Of a stretch of DNA of 64,000 nucleotides, positions 1-10,123 are shown one piece after another. The position numbers and the translations under genes were made by a program. Source of the DNA: an uncultured delta proteobacterium (GTDB lineage Bacteria > Desulfobacterota > Binatia > Binatales > Binataceae). The notes under the pieces are model-generated. The model searched no databases, was not told where the DNA came from, and saw only the letters and a list, made by a program, of their open reading frames with translations. Numbering within the stretch: position 1 is the first letter of the stretch; each line of letters opens with the position of its first letter. The stretch is from contig CAVRVY010000001.1 in the NCBI GenBank assembly GCA_963724765.1, positions 416,001 to 480,000 of the forward strand, written 5' to 3'.

Positions 1-1285
1 GCCGGGCTCGACGATGAAGGGGCTGCTCGCCTCCATCGCGCTGCAGGACGGCGCCATCACGCCGCGCCAGCGCATCTACTGCGAGAACGGCGCCTACACC
101 GTTGCACGGCGCGTGATCCACGACGACAGTCCGCACGGATGGCTCGATCTCGGCGGGATAATCGAAGTTTCCTCGAATATCGGCGCATCCAAGATCGCAC
201 TCAAGCTGGGTTCCGAGCGCTTCTACAACGGGTTGCGCGCCTTCGGCCTTGGCGGCCGCACCGGAATCGATTTGCCAGGCGAAGCGGCGGGCATCCTGCG
301 CAAGCCTGGGTCGTGGCGCGAGATCGACCTCGCCAATCATGGCTTCGGCCAGGGCGTGGGAGTTACACCGATCCAGCTCGCGGTTGCGTACGCGGCGATC
401 GCCAACGGCGGATACCTGGTGCGCCCCTACGTGGTCAAGGCCGCCTACGACGCCGCGGGCCGGCCGCTGCTGACGCATACGCCCGAAGCCTTGCATCGCG
501 TCATCTCGCCCGAGATTGCGCATACCATGAACCGGCTGTTGCAGGGCGTGGTCAACGGCCCCGACGGCACCGGGCGGCTCGCGCGCGTGAGCGACTTCGT
601 GGTAGCCGGCAAGACCGGCACCGCGCAGATGGTGAATCCCACGACCGGCGCTTACTACCAGAGCCGTCTGGTCGCGTCGTTTGTAGGATTTCTGCCCGCA
701 GACGATCCGCGGTTGGTGATCCTGGTCGTGCTCTACGACGTCGCCCACGGACACTTTGGCGGACTGACCGCCGCACCGGTCTTCAGCCAAATCGCCTCGG
801 GCGCGCTTAGCGATTTGAACGTGGCCTCGACCGGGCCGCACTACGACGCGGCGAGCCTGTTGCCGATCGCGCACACGGCGCGCAACGATTCGCGCGACGA
901 TTCACGCGACGATTCAATTGACCAGTCACCTGACGCGCTGGCGGGATCGGCGCTCGGCGGCGACGACGCGACGGCCGCGGCGCTGACCGGCGACGACCGG
1001 ATTCCGGATTTTAGCGGACTCAGCCTGCGGCGCGCCTTTGCGCTGGCCGGCCGGCGCCATCTCAACCTCGAGGTCGAAGGCGACGGTTACGTTGTCGCGC
1101 AGCGGCCCGCACCCGGTGGAGCGGCGGGCGCCGGCAGCGTGACCTTGCGGCTGGCGCCGGTGGTCGCGGACGCGCGCGCGGCGGGACCTTCTTTGGGGAC
1201 AGACTTGACGCATGGCATCCGGGCGGCTCCGGCGCACCCCCCTGCGCCGGCGTCGCGCCATGCACATGGCGGGCACAGACGATGA
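1..1285 (+). CDS. ftsI: Penicillin-binding protein 3 / FtsI with C-terminal PASTA domain (5' end outside window)
   Basis: SSN and KTGT transpeptidase motifs; PASTA-like IPDFSGLSLRRA...VVAQRPAPG; first gene of the dcw cluster. Confidence 0.92.
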   Translation, partial: PGSTMKGLLASIALQDGAITPRQRIYCENGAYTVARRVIHDDSPHGWLDLGGIIEVSSNIGASKIALKLGSERFYNGLRAFGLGGRTGIDLPGEAAGILRKPGSWREIDLANHGFGQGVGVTPIQLAVAYAAIANGGYLVRPYVVKAAYDAAGRPLLTHTPEALHRVISPEIAHTMNRLLQGVVNGPDGTGRLARVSDFVVAGKTGTAQMVNPTTGAYYQSRLVASFVGFLPADDPRLVILVVLYDVAHGHFGGLTAAPVFSQIASGALSDLNVASTGPHYDAASLLPIAHTARNDSRDDSRDDSIDQSPDALAGSALGGDDATAAALTGDDRIPDFSGLSLRRAFALAGRRHLNLEVEGDGYVVAQRPAPGGAAGAGSVTLRLAPVVADARAAGPSLGTDLTHGIRAAPAHPPAPASRHAHGGHRR

Positions 1286-2841
1286 AGCTCGCCGAATTGA
1301 TCGCTGGAGAGACCGATCTGCGCGTTCACGGCGACGCGGGGGTGGAAGTCGCGGGACTCAGTTATGACTCGCGGCGAGTAAAGCCGGGCGATCTGTTTTT
1401 CTCACTGGCGCGGGACGCCGAACAGGCCCGCGCCAACATCGATGATGCATTGAACCGCGGGGCGCGTGTGGTGGTGATGAAGGGGTGGGAAGGTGGTGAA
1501 GGCGCGCGCCCCGCGGTGACCGTTGTCGAGTGCGAGCGGCCGCGCCGGCTGATGGGCGCGGCGGCCTCGCGTTTTTTCAACGCGCCGAGCCGCCGGCTCG
1601 AGCTGGTCGGCATCACCGGCACCAGCGGCAAGACCACGACCGCTTACATGCTCGCGTCGATCTTCGAGGCCGCCGGCGCGCCACCGGGAGTCATCGGCAC
1701 GATCGGAATCTTCGTTGGCCCGCGCAAAATCTATAGCGGACTGACTACGCCCGAGTCGCTCGACTTCGAGTCCGCCCTGGCCGACATGGAGCGCGCCGGT
1801 GTGCGGCGTGTGGCTGCGGAAATTTCGTCGATCGGTCTTGCCGAAGGGCGTGCCGACGCGCTGAGCTTTCGCGCCTGCGTTTTCACCAACCTCGGCCGCG
1901 ACCATCTCGACTATCACGGCACACAGGGAAAATATTTCGCCGCCAAGCTGCGGCTGTTCACCGAACTGCTGCCGAAAAGCACCTGGCGCGACGCGGTCGC
2001 GGTGGTGCGCGGCGACGATCCCTTCGGCCGCCGCCTGCTCGACGCGGTCAAGGGCCGCCAAGTTCGGCAAGTCCGGCAAGTCCGGATAGTGAGCTTCGGG
2101 CTGGAGCCCGGGCTCGACGTTCATCCACTGAGCTACAGCTTCGGCACCAACGGCATCCGCGCCTCGGTCGCGGCGCTCGACAAACGAATCGAAGTGCGCT
2201 CGCCGCTGCTCGGCGAGATCAATCTGCTCAACATTCTTGGCGCCTCCGCTGTGTCGGTGGCCCTGGGCATCGAAACGGATGTGGTCGCGGAAGGGTTGCG
2301 GCGATGCCCAGGGGCCCCCGGCAGATTGGAGGCGGTGCCCGGTCCGCCCGGCGTGACCGTGCTGGTCGATTACGCGCACAAGCCGGATGCGCTCGAGGCG
2401 GTGTTGCGTGCGTTGCGCGCGCTCAAGCCGCGTCGCGTCGTGTGTGTCTTTGGCTGCGGCGGCGATCGTGACCGCGGCAAGCGTCCGTTGATGGGCGGGA
2501 TCGCGGGACGGATGGCGGATCTCGCGATCCTCACCTCCGACAATCCGCGCAGCGAAGATCCGCTGGCGATTATCGCGGAGGTCGAGGCCGGCCTGAGCGC
2601 CGCGGGCCTTGGCCGTATCGCGCCGCAAGCGGCGGGCGACGCGCCGGGTTACCTGGTCGAACCCGATCGGCGGGCGGCAATCGCGCTTGGCCTTGACGTG
2701 GCGGCGCCCGGCGACATCGTGCTCATCGCGGGCAAGGGACATGAAGACTACCAGCTCGTCGCGGGGCGGCGGCTCGATTTCGATGACCGCGCGGTGGTGC
2801 GCGCGCTCGTGGCTGAGCGCGGGCACGCACGCGGTGCGTAG
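1282..2841 (+). CDS. murE: UDP-MurNAc-tripeptide synthetase (meso-DAP type)
   Basis: GITGTSGKTT P-loop, DYAHKPD, DNPR specificity motif, AGKGHEDYQ. Confidence 0.96.
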   Translation: MKLAELIAGETDLRVHGDAGVEVAGLSYDSRRVKPGDLFFSLARDAEQARANIDDALNRGARVVVMKGWEGGEGARPAVTVVECERPRRLMGAAASRFFNAPSRRLELVGITGTSGKTTTAYMLASIFEAAGAPPGVIGTIGIFVGPRKIYSGLTTPESLDFESALADMERAGVRRVAAEISSIGLAEGRADALSFRACVFTNLGRDHLDYHGTQGKYFAAKLRLFTELLPKSTWRDAVAVVRGDDPFGRRLLDAVKGRQVRQVRQVRIVSFGLEPGLDVHPLSYSFGTNGIRASVAALDKRIEVRSPLLGEINLLNILGASAVSVALGIETDVVAEGLRRCPGAPGRLEAVPGPPGVTVLVDYAHKPDALEAVLRALRALKPRRVVCVFGCGGDRDRGKRPLMGGIAGRMADLAILTSDNPRSEDPLAIIAEVEAGLSAAGLGRIAPQAAGDAPGYLVEPDRRAAIALGLDVAAPGDIVLIAGKGHEDYQLVAGRRLDFDDRAVVRALVAERGHARGA

Positions 2842-3123
2842 CGCGAAGGAGGGCGGGGGTTGCGGGTGGCGTCCTGAGGGAGGCCTTCGGTCGGAGGTGG
2901 TGGATGGGTGGTTGGGTGACCGATCGAAGGCTTGCCTCAGAATTCCAGGCTGCGAAGGATGGCGCCTGCGAAGGATGGCGCGGTCAGTACCGCTGCGACG
3001 GGGTTCGGCGCTCGCAGCCGGGCGGCCTAAGGCCGCTCGGCGCGGGCGTGCCGTCAAGCCGTCGCCGGGCGCACCTTGCGTCTGTGCGGCCGTGGCCAGC
3101 ACACTCGAAGACGGGTTTGCCCA

Positions 3124-4203
3124 ATGCTGTACATTCTCCTGTTTCCGCTGCACGCGCACTACGTGGGCTTCAACGTCCTGCGCTACGAGACCTTCCGCTC
3201 CGTGCTGGCGGGCCTCGCGGCGCTGGCGTTGGCTCTGGCAGCGGGTCCACGACTGATCCAGCGCTTTCGCGCAGCGCAGATCGGCCAGACCATCCGCGCC
3301 GAAGTTCCGCAAAGCCATCAGAAAAAGGCCGGCACGCCCACGATGGGCGGTCTGCTCATCCTCAGCACCGCGCTCATCGCCACCATCCTGTTCGCCAACC
3401 CCGCCAATCCATACGTGTGGCTTGCGATCCTGGTTACGCTGGCCTTCGGCGCGATCGGCTTCACCGACGATCTGTTGAAGCTGCGCCGCGGCAAGGGCCA
3501 GGGCCTCAGCGGCCCGCAGAAGCTGTTCTGGCAGTTCGCCTGCGCCTTCCTCGCCTCCTTCGTGCTGTTCGTGGTGTTGCGTTTCGACACCACGCTCACG
3601 GTTCCGTTCTTCAAGAACCTGCATCCGAGCCTGCCGCGATGGCTGTACGTGCTGTTCGCGATGTTAGTGATGGTGGCGTGTTCCAACGCGGTCAACGTCA
3701 CCGACGGGCTCGACGGTCTGGCCATCGGCCCGGTGATGACGGTCGCGTTCTGCTACTGGACCTTCACTTACGTCGCGGGAAATCTGAAATTCTCGGCCTA
3801 TCTCGACATCCCGCACGTGGTGGGCGCGGGCGAGCTCGCGATTTTCTGCGCCTCGCTAATCGCCGCGTCGCTGGGGTTTCTGTGGTACAACGCCTACCCC
3901 GCCTCGATGATGATGGGCGATGTCGGCGCGCTCGGCCTGGGCGGAGCGTTGGGCATCGTCGCCGTGCTCTCCAAGCAGGAACTGGTGCTGCCGATTGCGG
4001 GCGGCATCTTCGTCATCGAGGCTGGTTCGGTTATCCTTCAACGCTACTACTACAAGGCGACGCATCGGCGCATCTTCCGGATGGCGCCGCTGCATCATCA
4101 CTTCGAACTTGGCGGATGGCCGGAGACGCAGGTGGTCGTGCGGTTCTGGATAATTTCGATCATCTGCGGGCTGGTCGCGCTCAGCACGCTCAAGCTGCGC
4201 TGA
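3124..4203 (+). CDS. mraY: Phospho-N-acetylmuramoyl-pentapeptide transferase
   Basis: KAGTPTMGG, NAVNVTDGLDGL, MGDVG, MAPLHHHFEL; ATG at 3124 chosen. Confidence 0.97.
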   Translation: MLYILLFPLHAHYVGFNVLRYETFRSVLAGLAALALALAAGPRLIQRFRAAQIGQTIRAEVPQSHQKKAGTPTMGGLLILSTALIATILFANPANPYVWLAILVTLAFGAIGFTDDLLKLRRGKGQGLSGPQKLFWQFACAFLASFVLFVVLRFDTTLTVPFFKNLHPSLPRWLYVLFAMLVMVACSNAVNVTDGLDGLAIGPVMTVAFCYWTFTYVAGNLKFSAYLDIPHVVGAGELAIFCASLIAASLGFLWYNAYPASMMMGDVGALGLGGALGIVAVLSKQELVLPIAGGIFVIEAGSVILQRYYYKATHRRIFRMAPLHHHFELGGWPETQVVVRFWIISIICGLVALSTLKLR

Positions 4204-4237
4204 GGACACGGGCACAAGGATACGTCTGCTTCATTCT

Positions 4238-5578
4238 ATGGACCTTGCGGGCAAACGCGTGATGGTGATCGGACTAGGCGTGAGCGGACTCGCGGCTGCG
4301 CGCTTGCTCGCGGCGCGCGGCGCGCATCTGGTGATGACCGATCTGCGCGCCGATCTTCGCCTCGACGCCGGCGCGGGCGACGCTTCGCCGCCGCCGGGCG
4401 AAATCCATCTCGGCTCCGAAGACCCTGCCTGGCTTGAAGGCGTCGAGCTGTTGGTCACCAGCCCCGGCGTTCCGCCCACCTCGCGCCTGCTGGTCGAAGC
4501 CGACCGCCGGCGAATCCCGGTGATTAGCGAGTTGGAGCTGGGCAGCCGTTTCGTCGCCGCGCCAATCGTCGCGGTGACCGGCACCAACGGCAAGAGCACG
4601 GTGACCACGCTCCTCGGCGAAATTTTTAAGGCCGCGGGACGGCGCGTCTTCGTCGGCGGCAACCTCGGCACGCCGCTGGCCGAGGCGGCCGGAGAGGAAT
4701 TCGACGTGGTGGTGGCCGAGGTTTCGAGCTACCAGCTCGAACGCACCGTGCGCTTCAAGCCGCACGTCGGAGTACATCTCAACCTCGCCGAGGACCATCT
4801 CGATCGCTATAAGGACCTCGACGAGTACGGCAACGCCAAGGCGCGTCTGTTCCGCATGCAGGACCGCTACGACTGGGCGATTTTGAACCGCGACGATCCG
4901 CGGGTGTGGGTTTTGCGCACTAAACTCTCCGCGCAGGTGATGAGCTTCGGTCTGGGGCCGGCCGAGTTCACGCCCGCGATTGGCTACGAAGGCGGCGATC
5001 TGATCTTCGACATTCGCACTCGCCACGGCCGTATCAATCTCAAACGCTTGCGGCTCCTGGGCCGCCACAATATCGCCAACGCGATGGCGGCCGCGGCGGC
5101 GGCGCTGGTCTCCGGTATCGAGCCGCGCGTGATCGAGGGGGCGCTGGCGGATTTCGCCGGACTGCCGCATCGCCTGCAGTTCGTCGCGGAGCGCGGCGGC
5201 GTGACCTATATCGATGACTCAAAGGGGACCAACGTGGCCTCGGTGGTCGAGGCGCTTGCGGCGATGCGCGCGCCGGTCATCCTGATTGCCGGCGGCATGG
5301 ACAAGGGCGGCGATTATGCGCCGCTGCGCGAGCCGCTGGGCGACAAAGTGCGGCGCTTGATTCTAATCGGAGCGGCGCGCGACGCGATGCGCGCGGCGCT
5401 CGAAGGTGCAACCGAAATCGAACTCGTTCAGACGCTGGATGAGGCGGTACGCCGCGCGGCCGCGGCCGCGCGCCGCGGCGACACCGTGCTGCTCTCGCCG
5501 GCCTGCTCGAGCTTCGATCAGTTCAGGAACTATGCGGAGCGCGGGCGAATATTTCAGGAGCTGGTTCGGGCGCTTTGA
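4238..5578 (+). CDS. murD: UDP-MurNAc-L-Ala:D-Glu ligase
   Basis: GLGVSG, GTNGKSTVT, DDSKGTN, LLSPACSSFDQF. Confidence 0.97.
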   Translation: MDLAGKRVMVIGLGVSGLAAARLLAARGAHLVMTDLRADLRLDAGAGDASPPPGEIHLGSEDPAWLEGVELLVTSPGVPPTSRLLVEADRRRIPVISELELGSRFVAAPIVAVTGTNGKSTVTTLLGEIFKAAGRRVFVGGNLGTPLAEAAGEEFDVVVAEVSSYQLERTVRFKPHVGVHLNLAEDHLDRYKDLDEYGNAKARLFRMQDRYDWAILNRDDPRVWVLRTKLSAQVMSFGLGPAEFTPAIGYEGGDLIFDIRTRHGRINLKRLRLLGRHNIANAMAAAAAALVSGIEPRVIEGALADFAGLPHRLQFVAERGGVTYIDDSKGTNVASVVEALAAMRAPVILIAGGMDKGGDYAPLREPLGDKVRRLILIGAARDAMRAALEGATEIELVQTLDEAVRRAAAAARRGDTVLLSPACSSFDQFRNYAERGRIFQELVRAL

Positions 5579-6680
5579 GTCGGTCGCTCGGCCGCAGCTC
5601 GACCCCTGGCTGTATCTGCCGGCGGCGGCGCTGGCGGTGCTCGGCCTGCTGATGGTGCTCAACACCACCTATTTCCTCGGGCTCGAGAAGACCGGTGACG
5701 CGTTCCATTTCTTCAAGCTTCAGCTCTGCCATATCGCGGCCGGGCTGGTCGTGCTCGCGCTGCTTTCGCAGCTCTCGCTGCGCGGATTGCGCCGGCTAGT
5801 GGTGCCGCTGATGGTGGTGGCGGTGCTGATGCTGCTGGCGTTGTGGATTCCCGGGCTCGGCGTGATGCGCGGCGGGGCGCGCCGCTGGCTCAGGCTCGGG
5901 CCGCTGCTCGCGGAGCCTTCGGAGCTGGCCAAGTTCGCGATGGTCTTTTTTCTGGCCGACTTTTTGAGCCGCCGGCAGGAGCGGATGAACGCGTTTGCCA
6001 GTGGCCCGCTGCCAACTTTCATCGCGGTGGGTCCGCTCGCGCTGCTCATCCTGAAGCAGCCCGATTTCGGCAACACGGTGATGGTGGTGATGCTGCTGTT
6101 CGCGATGCTGTTCGCGGCGGGCGCCCGCCTTAAGCACCTCGGCGCCGCGGGCGGCGGCGCGCTGGCCGTGCTGGCTATGCAAGCTGTAGCAAAACCCTAC
6201 AGGATGCGCCGCCTGAGCGCCTTTCTCGATCCCTGGCAGACTGCCCGCGGCGCAGGTTTCCAGCTCATCCAGTCCTTCATCGCGCTCGGCGCGGGCGGCG
6301 GATGGGGCGTCGGGCTGGGCGCCGGGCGGCAGAAGATGTTCTATCTCCCGCAGGCGCACACCGATTTTGTCTTCGCCGTGGTCGGCGAGGAGTTTGGATT
6401 GCTCGGCGCGGTTGTCGTGCTGGTGCTGTTCGGCACGATCCTGGTTCGCGGGATGCGGGTTGCGCATAAAGAGCCCGACCCGTTCGCGAGCCTGCTCGCC
6501 GTCGGCCTGACCGCGCTGCTCACGCTGCAAGCGCTGGTCAACATGGCGGTCGTGATCGGGTTGGTGCCGACCAAAGGACTGCCGCTGCCTTTTCTGAGTT
6601 ATGGCGGGACCGCGATGGTGATGGCGATGGCCGCACTGGGGACGCTGCTCGCTCTGGCGCGCAGGCCGGCGGTGCGATGA
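5532..6680 (+). CDS. ftsW: SEDS peptidoglycan polymerase FtsW
   Basis: GARRW, EPSELAK, QPDFG, LPQAHTDF, PFLSYGG; in-frame ATG at 5532 behind AGGA overlaps the murD end (start uncertain). Confidence 0.94.
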   Translation: MRSAGEYFRSWFGRFESVARPQLDPWLYLPAAALAVLGLLMVLNTTYFLGLEKTGDAFHFFKLQLCHIAAGLVVLALLSQLSLRGLRRLVVPLMVVAVLMLLALWIPGLGVMRGGARRWLRLGPLLAEPSELAKFAMVFFLADFLSRRQERMNAFASGPLPTFIAVGPLALLILKQPDFGNTVMVVMLLFAMLFAAGARLKHLGAAGGGALAVLAMQAVAKPYRMRRLSAFLDPWQTARGAGFQLIQSFIALGAGGGWGVGLGAGRQKMFYLPQAHTDFVFAVVGEEFGLLGAVVVLVLFGTILVRGMRVAHKEPDPFASLLAVGLTALLTLQALVNMAVVIGLVPTKGLPLPFLSYGGTAMVMAMAALGTLLALARRPAVR

Positions 6681-7762
6681 AAGTGATAATCGCGGGCGGC
6701 GGCACCGGTGGGCATCTCTTCCCCGCAGTCGCGGTGGGCGAGGCGATGATGCGCGAGCGGCCGGAAACCGAAGTGTTGTTCGTGGGCACCACGGCCGGGC
6801 TGGAGGCGCGATGGATGCCGCGTAGCGGCTTGCGCTACGAATTGTTCCCAGTCCATGGGATTCGCGGGCACAACCTGGTCGAACGGATAAAGGCAGTCGG
6901 CGAATTCATCGCGGCGCTTGGGCGGGCGCACGGATTGCTCGGCTCATTCGGCGCCGACCTGGTGCTCGGCGCGGGTGGTTACGCGTCGGCGCCGATGGCG
7001 ATGGCGGCGATTATGGCCCGGACGCCGCTGGTGCTGATGGAAGAGAATACGCGTCCAGGACTGTCGAATCGGATGCTCTGGCGGTTCGCTACAAAGGTCA
7101 CTGTTGGCTTTGATGAGGCTCTGCCACATTTTCATTCGCCCAAGGTCGTGGTAAGCGGCAATCCAGTGCGTTTTAGCATCGAGCCATCGCCTCTAATGCT
7201 CCATGAACCGCTGCAAATCCTTGTTTTAGGCGGCTCAACCGGCGCACATCGTCTCAACGAAGGCGTAATTAATGCCTTGAGAAATTTGCGAGAAACTGTT
7301 ATAAAAATTGCTCTAGTCCACCAGACAGGGGAGGCGGACGTGGGGCTGGTCAAGGGTGGGTACGCGGCGCTCGGCTGCCAGGCGCAAGTGGTGCCGTTTG
7401 TCGACGACATGGCGACGGCGCTTGCGCATGCCGACCTGCTTGTGGCGCGCTCGGGTGCGATGACCGTTACGGAGGTCGCACTCGCCGGCCGCCCCGCCAT
7501 TTTCGTTCCTTACCCGTTCCATCGCGACCGCCAGCAGGAACTCAACGCACGAGTGCTCGAGCAGCGCGGCGCGGCCGTGATCGTCGCCGACGACGAGCGG
7601 CTTGGCGAAAATCTCGCCGCGACGCTGCGCGAGCTTATCGCCGATCCGGCGCGGCTGATGCGGATGGCCGCGCAGGCGCGGACTGCCGCGAAGCCCGATG
7701 CGGCTCGCACGATCGCGCGGTTGTGTTTCGATCTTGGTTCGAAGGAGCGCGCCGCCGCATGA
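6677..7762 (+). CDS. murG: Lipid I GlcNAc transferase MurG
   Basis: GGGTGGHLFP, GGYAS, GGSTGA, RSGAMT, QELNA. Confidence 0.96.
   Translation: MKVIIAGGGTGGHLFPAVAVGEAMMRERPETEVLFVGTTAGLEARWMPRSGLRYELFPVHGIRGHNLVERIKAVGEFIAALGRAHGLLGSFGADLVLGAGGYASAPMAMAAIMARTPLVLMEENTRPGLSNRMLWRFATKVTVGFDEALPHFHSPKVVVSGNPVRFSIEPSPLMLHEPLQILVLGGSTGAHRLNEGVINALRNLRETVIKIALVHQTGEADVGLVKGGYAALGCQAQVVPFVDDMATALAHADLLVARSGAMTVTEVALAGRPAIFVPYPFHRDRQQELNARVLEQRGAAVIVADDERLGENLAATLRELIADPARLMRMAAQARTAAKPDAARTIARLCFDLGSKERAAA
7277..7305 (+). promoter_or_regulatory. Putative internal sigma70 promoter inside murG
   Basis: TTGAGA-N17-TATAAA with an extended -10 TG, in an AT-rich stretch of murG. Confidence 0.55.
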
Positions 7763-9231
7763 GTGAGCCTCTCGCAAAGGGATTGCTAAGCCGGCAGCGC
7801 CGCTTGCATTTCATCGGCGTCGGCGGCGCGGGCATGAGCGGCATCGCGGAGCTGTCGCTGCGGCTTGGCTTCGCGGTGAGCGGATGCGATTCGCGTCTGG
7901 GCCCGAACACCGACCGGCTCGCCGCGCTGGGTGTGCCGATCTTCCAGGGGCATCATCCGGATCATATTGCGGATCATGTTGCGGATCATGTTGCGGATCG
8001 CGCCGCCGATAACGTCACTGAGCGTTTGGATGCCGTGGTGATTTCCTCGGCAGTGAAATTTTCCAATCCCGAAGTCGCGCGCGCGCGCGCGCTGCAGATT
8101 CCGGTCATCGCGCGCGCCGAGATGCTCGGCGAGTTGCTGCGGATGGTGCGTCTGGGCGTGGCGGTCGCCGGTACGCACGGCAAGACCACCACCACCTCGC
8201 TGGTAGGACTCATCCTGGAAGAAGCCGGGCTCGATCCGACGGTGGCGATTGGCGGCAACCTGCGCGCACGCGGCACCAACGTGCGCCTGGGCGGCGGCGA
8301 GTACATGGTGGCCGAAGCCGACGAGAGCGACGCCTCCTTCCTGCTGCTACTCCCGACTATTGCGGTCGTCACCAATATCGACCCCGAGCACCTCGACCAT
8401 TACGGCTCGATGGAGCGGGTGCGCGAGGCCTATCTCAACTTCATAAATCGCGTGCCGTTTTACGGTCTGGCCGTGCTCGGTATCGACAGCGTCAACGTGC
8501 GCGGGCTGCTGGCGTCGGTGCGTAAGCCCGTGTTGACCTACGGTGTCGCGCCCGACGCCGGGTTGCGCGCCGAGAATATCGTGATCGATGGCCTCTCGAC
8601 GCGCTTCACCGTGATTCGCGCCGGGCGCGAGTTAGGCCTGGTCGAGGTGCCGACGCCGGGGCGTCACGTCGCGCTCAATGCGCTGGCGGCGGTGGGCGTC
8701 GCGCTCGCGGTGGGCGTCGAGTTCGAAGTTGCGGTGCGCGCGCTGACGGCGTTCTCGGGTATCAGCCGGCGTTTCGAGATCAAGGGCGAGGCGGCGGGCC
8801 GAATCGTGCTCGACGACTACGCGCATCATCCCGCGGAAGTTCGCGCGACGCTGGGCGCGGCGCGCGCGGCGTTCAAGCGGCGCACCGTGGTGGTCTTCCA
8901 ACCCCATCGCTACACCCGGCTGCGCGATCTGTTCGATGATTTTCTCGGCGCCTTCGACGACGCCGACGTGCTTTATCTCTGCGACGTCTATGCGGCGGGC
9001 GAGGAGCCGCTGGCTGAAGTCTCGGCGCGCCGGCTCTACGAGGCGCTGCGCGCGCGCGGCCATCTCGACGTGCGCTATCTTGGCGACGAACCGGATCCGG
9101 TGGCGCGGATTGCTGCGGACACGATGGCCGGCGATTTGCTCGTGACGCTCGGCGCCGGCGATGTCTATCACCTGGGCGAAGCCGTGCTGCAAAATCTCGG
9201 CTACGCGATCAAGACCCATGAATCGGCTTGA
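7759..9231 (+). CDS. murC: UDP-MurNAc:L-Ala ligase
   Basis: GVGGAGMSG, GTHGKTTTT, EADESD, DDYAHHP, FQPHRYTR. Confidence 0.97.
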   Translation: MSEPLAKGLLSRQRRLHFIGVGGAGMSGIAELSLRLGFAVSGCDSRLGPNTDRLAALGVPIFQGHHPDHIADHVADHVADRAADNVTERLDAVVISSAVKFSNPEVARARALQIPVIARAEMLGELLRMVRLGVAVAGTHGKTTTTSLVGLILEEAGLDPTVAIGGNLRARGTNVRLGGGEYMVAEADESDASFLLLLPTIAVVTNIDPEHLDHYGSMERVREAYLNFINRVPFYGLAVLGIDSVNVRGLLASVRKPVLTYGVAPDAGLRAENIVIDGLSTRFTVIRAGRELGLVEVPTPGRHVALNALAAVGVALAVGVEFEVAVRALTAFSGISRRFEIKGEAAGRIVLDDYAHHPAEVRATLGAARAAFKRRTVVVFQPHRYTRLRDLFDDFLGAFDDADVLYLCDVYAAGEEPLAEVSARRLYEALRARGHLDVRYLGDEPDPVARIAADTMAGDLLVTLGAGDVYHLGEAVLQNLGYAIKTHESA

Positions 9232-10120
9232 GCAGGAATTACGCGCCCGCTTTGGCGCGCGGCTTCGGACCGGCGCGCCGCTCGCCGAGCTTACCTCGTT
9301 TCGGATTGGCGGCCCCGCCGACGTTTTGCTCGCGGTCGAGAACGAAGACGAGCTGCGCGCCGCGATGGCGGCGGCGTGGTGCGAACGGGTGCCGGCATTT
9401 TGCTTGGGCGCGGGCACCAATCTGCTGGTCAGCGATCGCGGCGTACGCGGGCTCGTCGTTCACCTGGGCGAGGGCTTCACGCGGCTGGAGTTCGACGAAT
9501 TGCGGGTGCGTGCGGGAGCGGCCGCGCAGTTCGGCACGCTGGTGCACGACGCGGTCGAGCGCGGGCTTAAGGGGCTTGAGTTCGGCGAGGGCATCCCGGG
9601 CAGCGTCGGCGGCGGACTGGTGATGAACGCGGGTGCGTTCGGCGGCGAAATCGCGCGGGTGGTGAGACTGGTGCATGGGGTCACCGAGCAGGGCCAAGCG
9701 CTCGCGCTCAGCGGCGCGGAGGTCAAGTTTTCCTATCGCCGCACCGAGTTGCCGCCGCGCTTCGTGATCACGCGGGTGGATTTCGAGCTGGAGCGCGGCG
9801 ATCGCGAGCAACTGCGCGAGCGCGTAGCGGAGCTAAAGGCCAAGCGGGCCGCGCGCCAGCCGCGCGGGCTGCCCAACGCGGGTTCGATTTTCAAGAACCC
9901 GCCCGGCGCCTTCGCCGGACGGCTGCTGGAGAATGCGGGACTCAAGGGCGCCCGGCTGGGAGCGGCGGCGTTTTCGACCGAGCATGCGAATTTCATCGTC
10001 AACCTGGGCGGCGCGCGCGCCGAAGACGTGCGGGGGCTGATCGAGCTGGCGCAAAGCCGGGTCAAGGAACAAAGCGGAGTGGCTCTGGAAGCCGAAGTGC
10101 GCATGGTAGGCGAATGGTAA
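9218..10120 (+). CDS. murB: UDP-N-acetylenolpyruvoylglucosamine reductase
   Basis: FRIGGPAD, GIPGSVGG..MNAGA, NAGSIFKNP, HANFIVN. Confidence 0.96.
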   Translation: MNRLEQELRARFGARLRTGAPLAELTSFRIGGPADVLLAVENEDELRAAMAAAWCERVPAFCLGAGTNLLVSDRGVRGLVVHLGEGFTRLEFDELRVRAGAAAQFGTLVHDAVERGLKGLEFGEGIPGSVGGGLVMNAGAFGGEIARVVRLVHGVTEQGQALALSGAEVKFSYRRTELPPRFVITRVDFELERGDREQLRERVAELKAKRAARQPRGLPNAGSIFKNPPGAFAGRLLENAGLKGARLGAAAFSTEHANFIVNLGGARAEDVRGLIELAQSRVKEQSGVALEAEVRMVGEW

Positions 10121-10123
10121 TCG

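Noticed and set aside
1402-3624. 740-aa minus-strand ORF and many other long antisense ORFs
   Set aside because: Shadow ORFs of well-supported genes in high-GC DNA, with no recognisable motifs.
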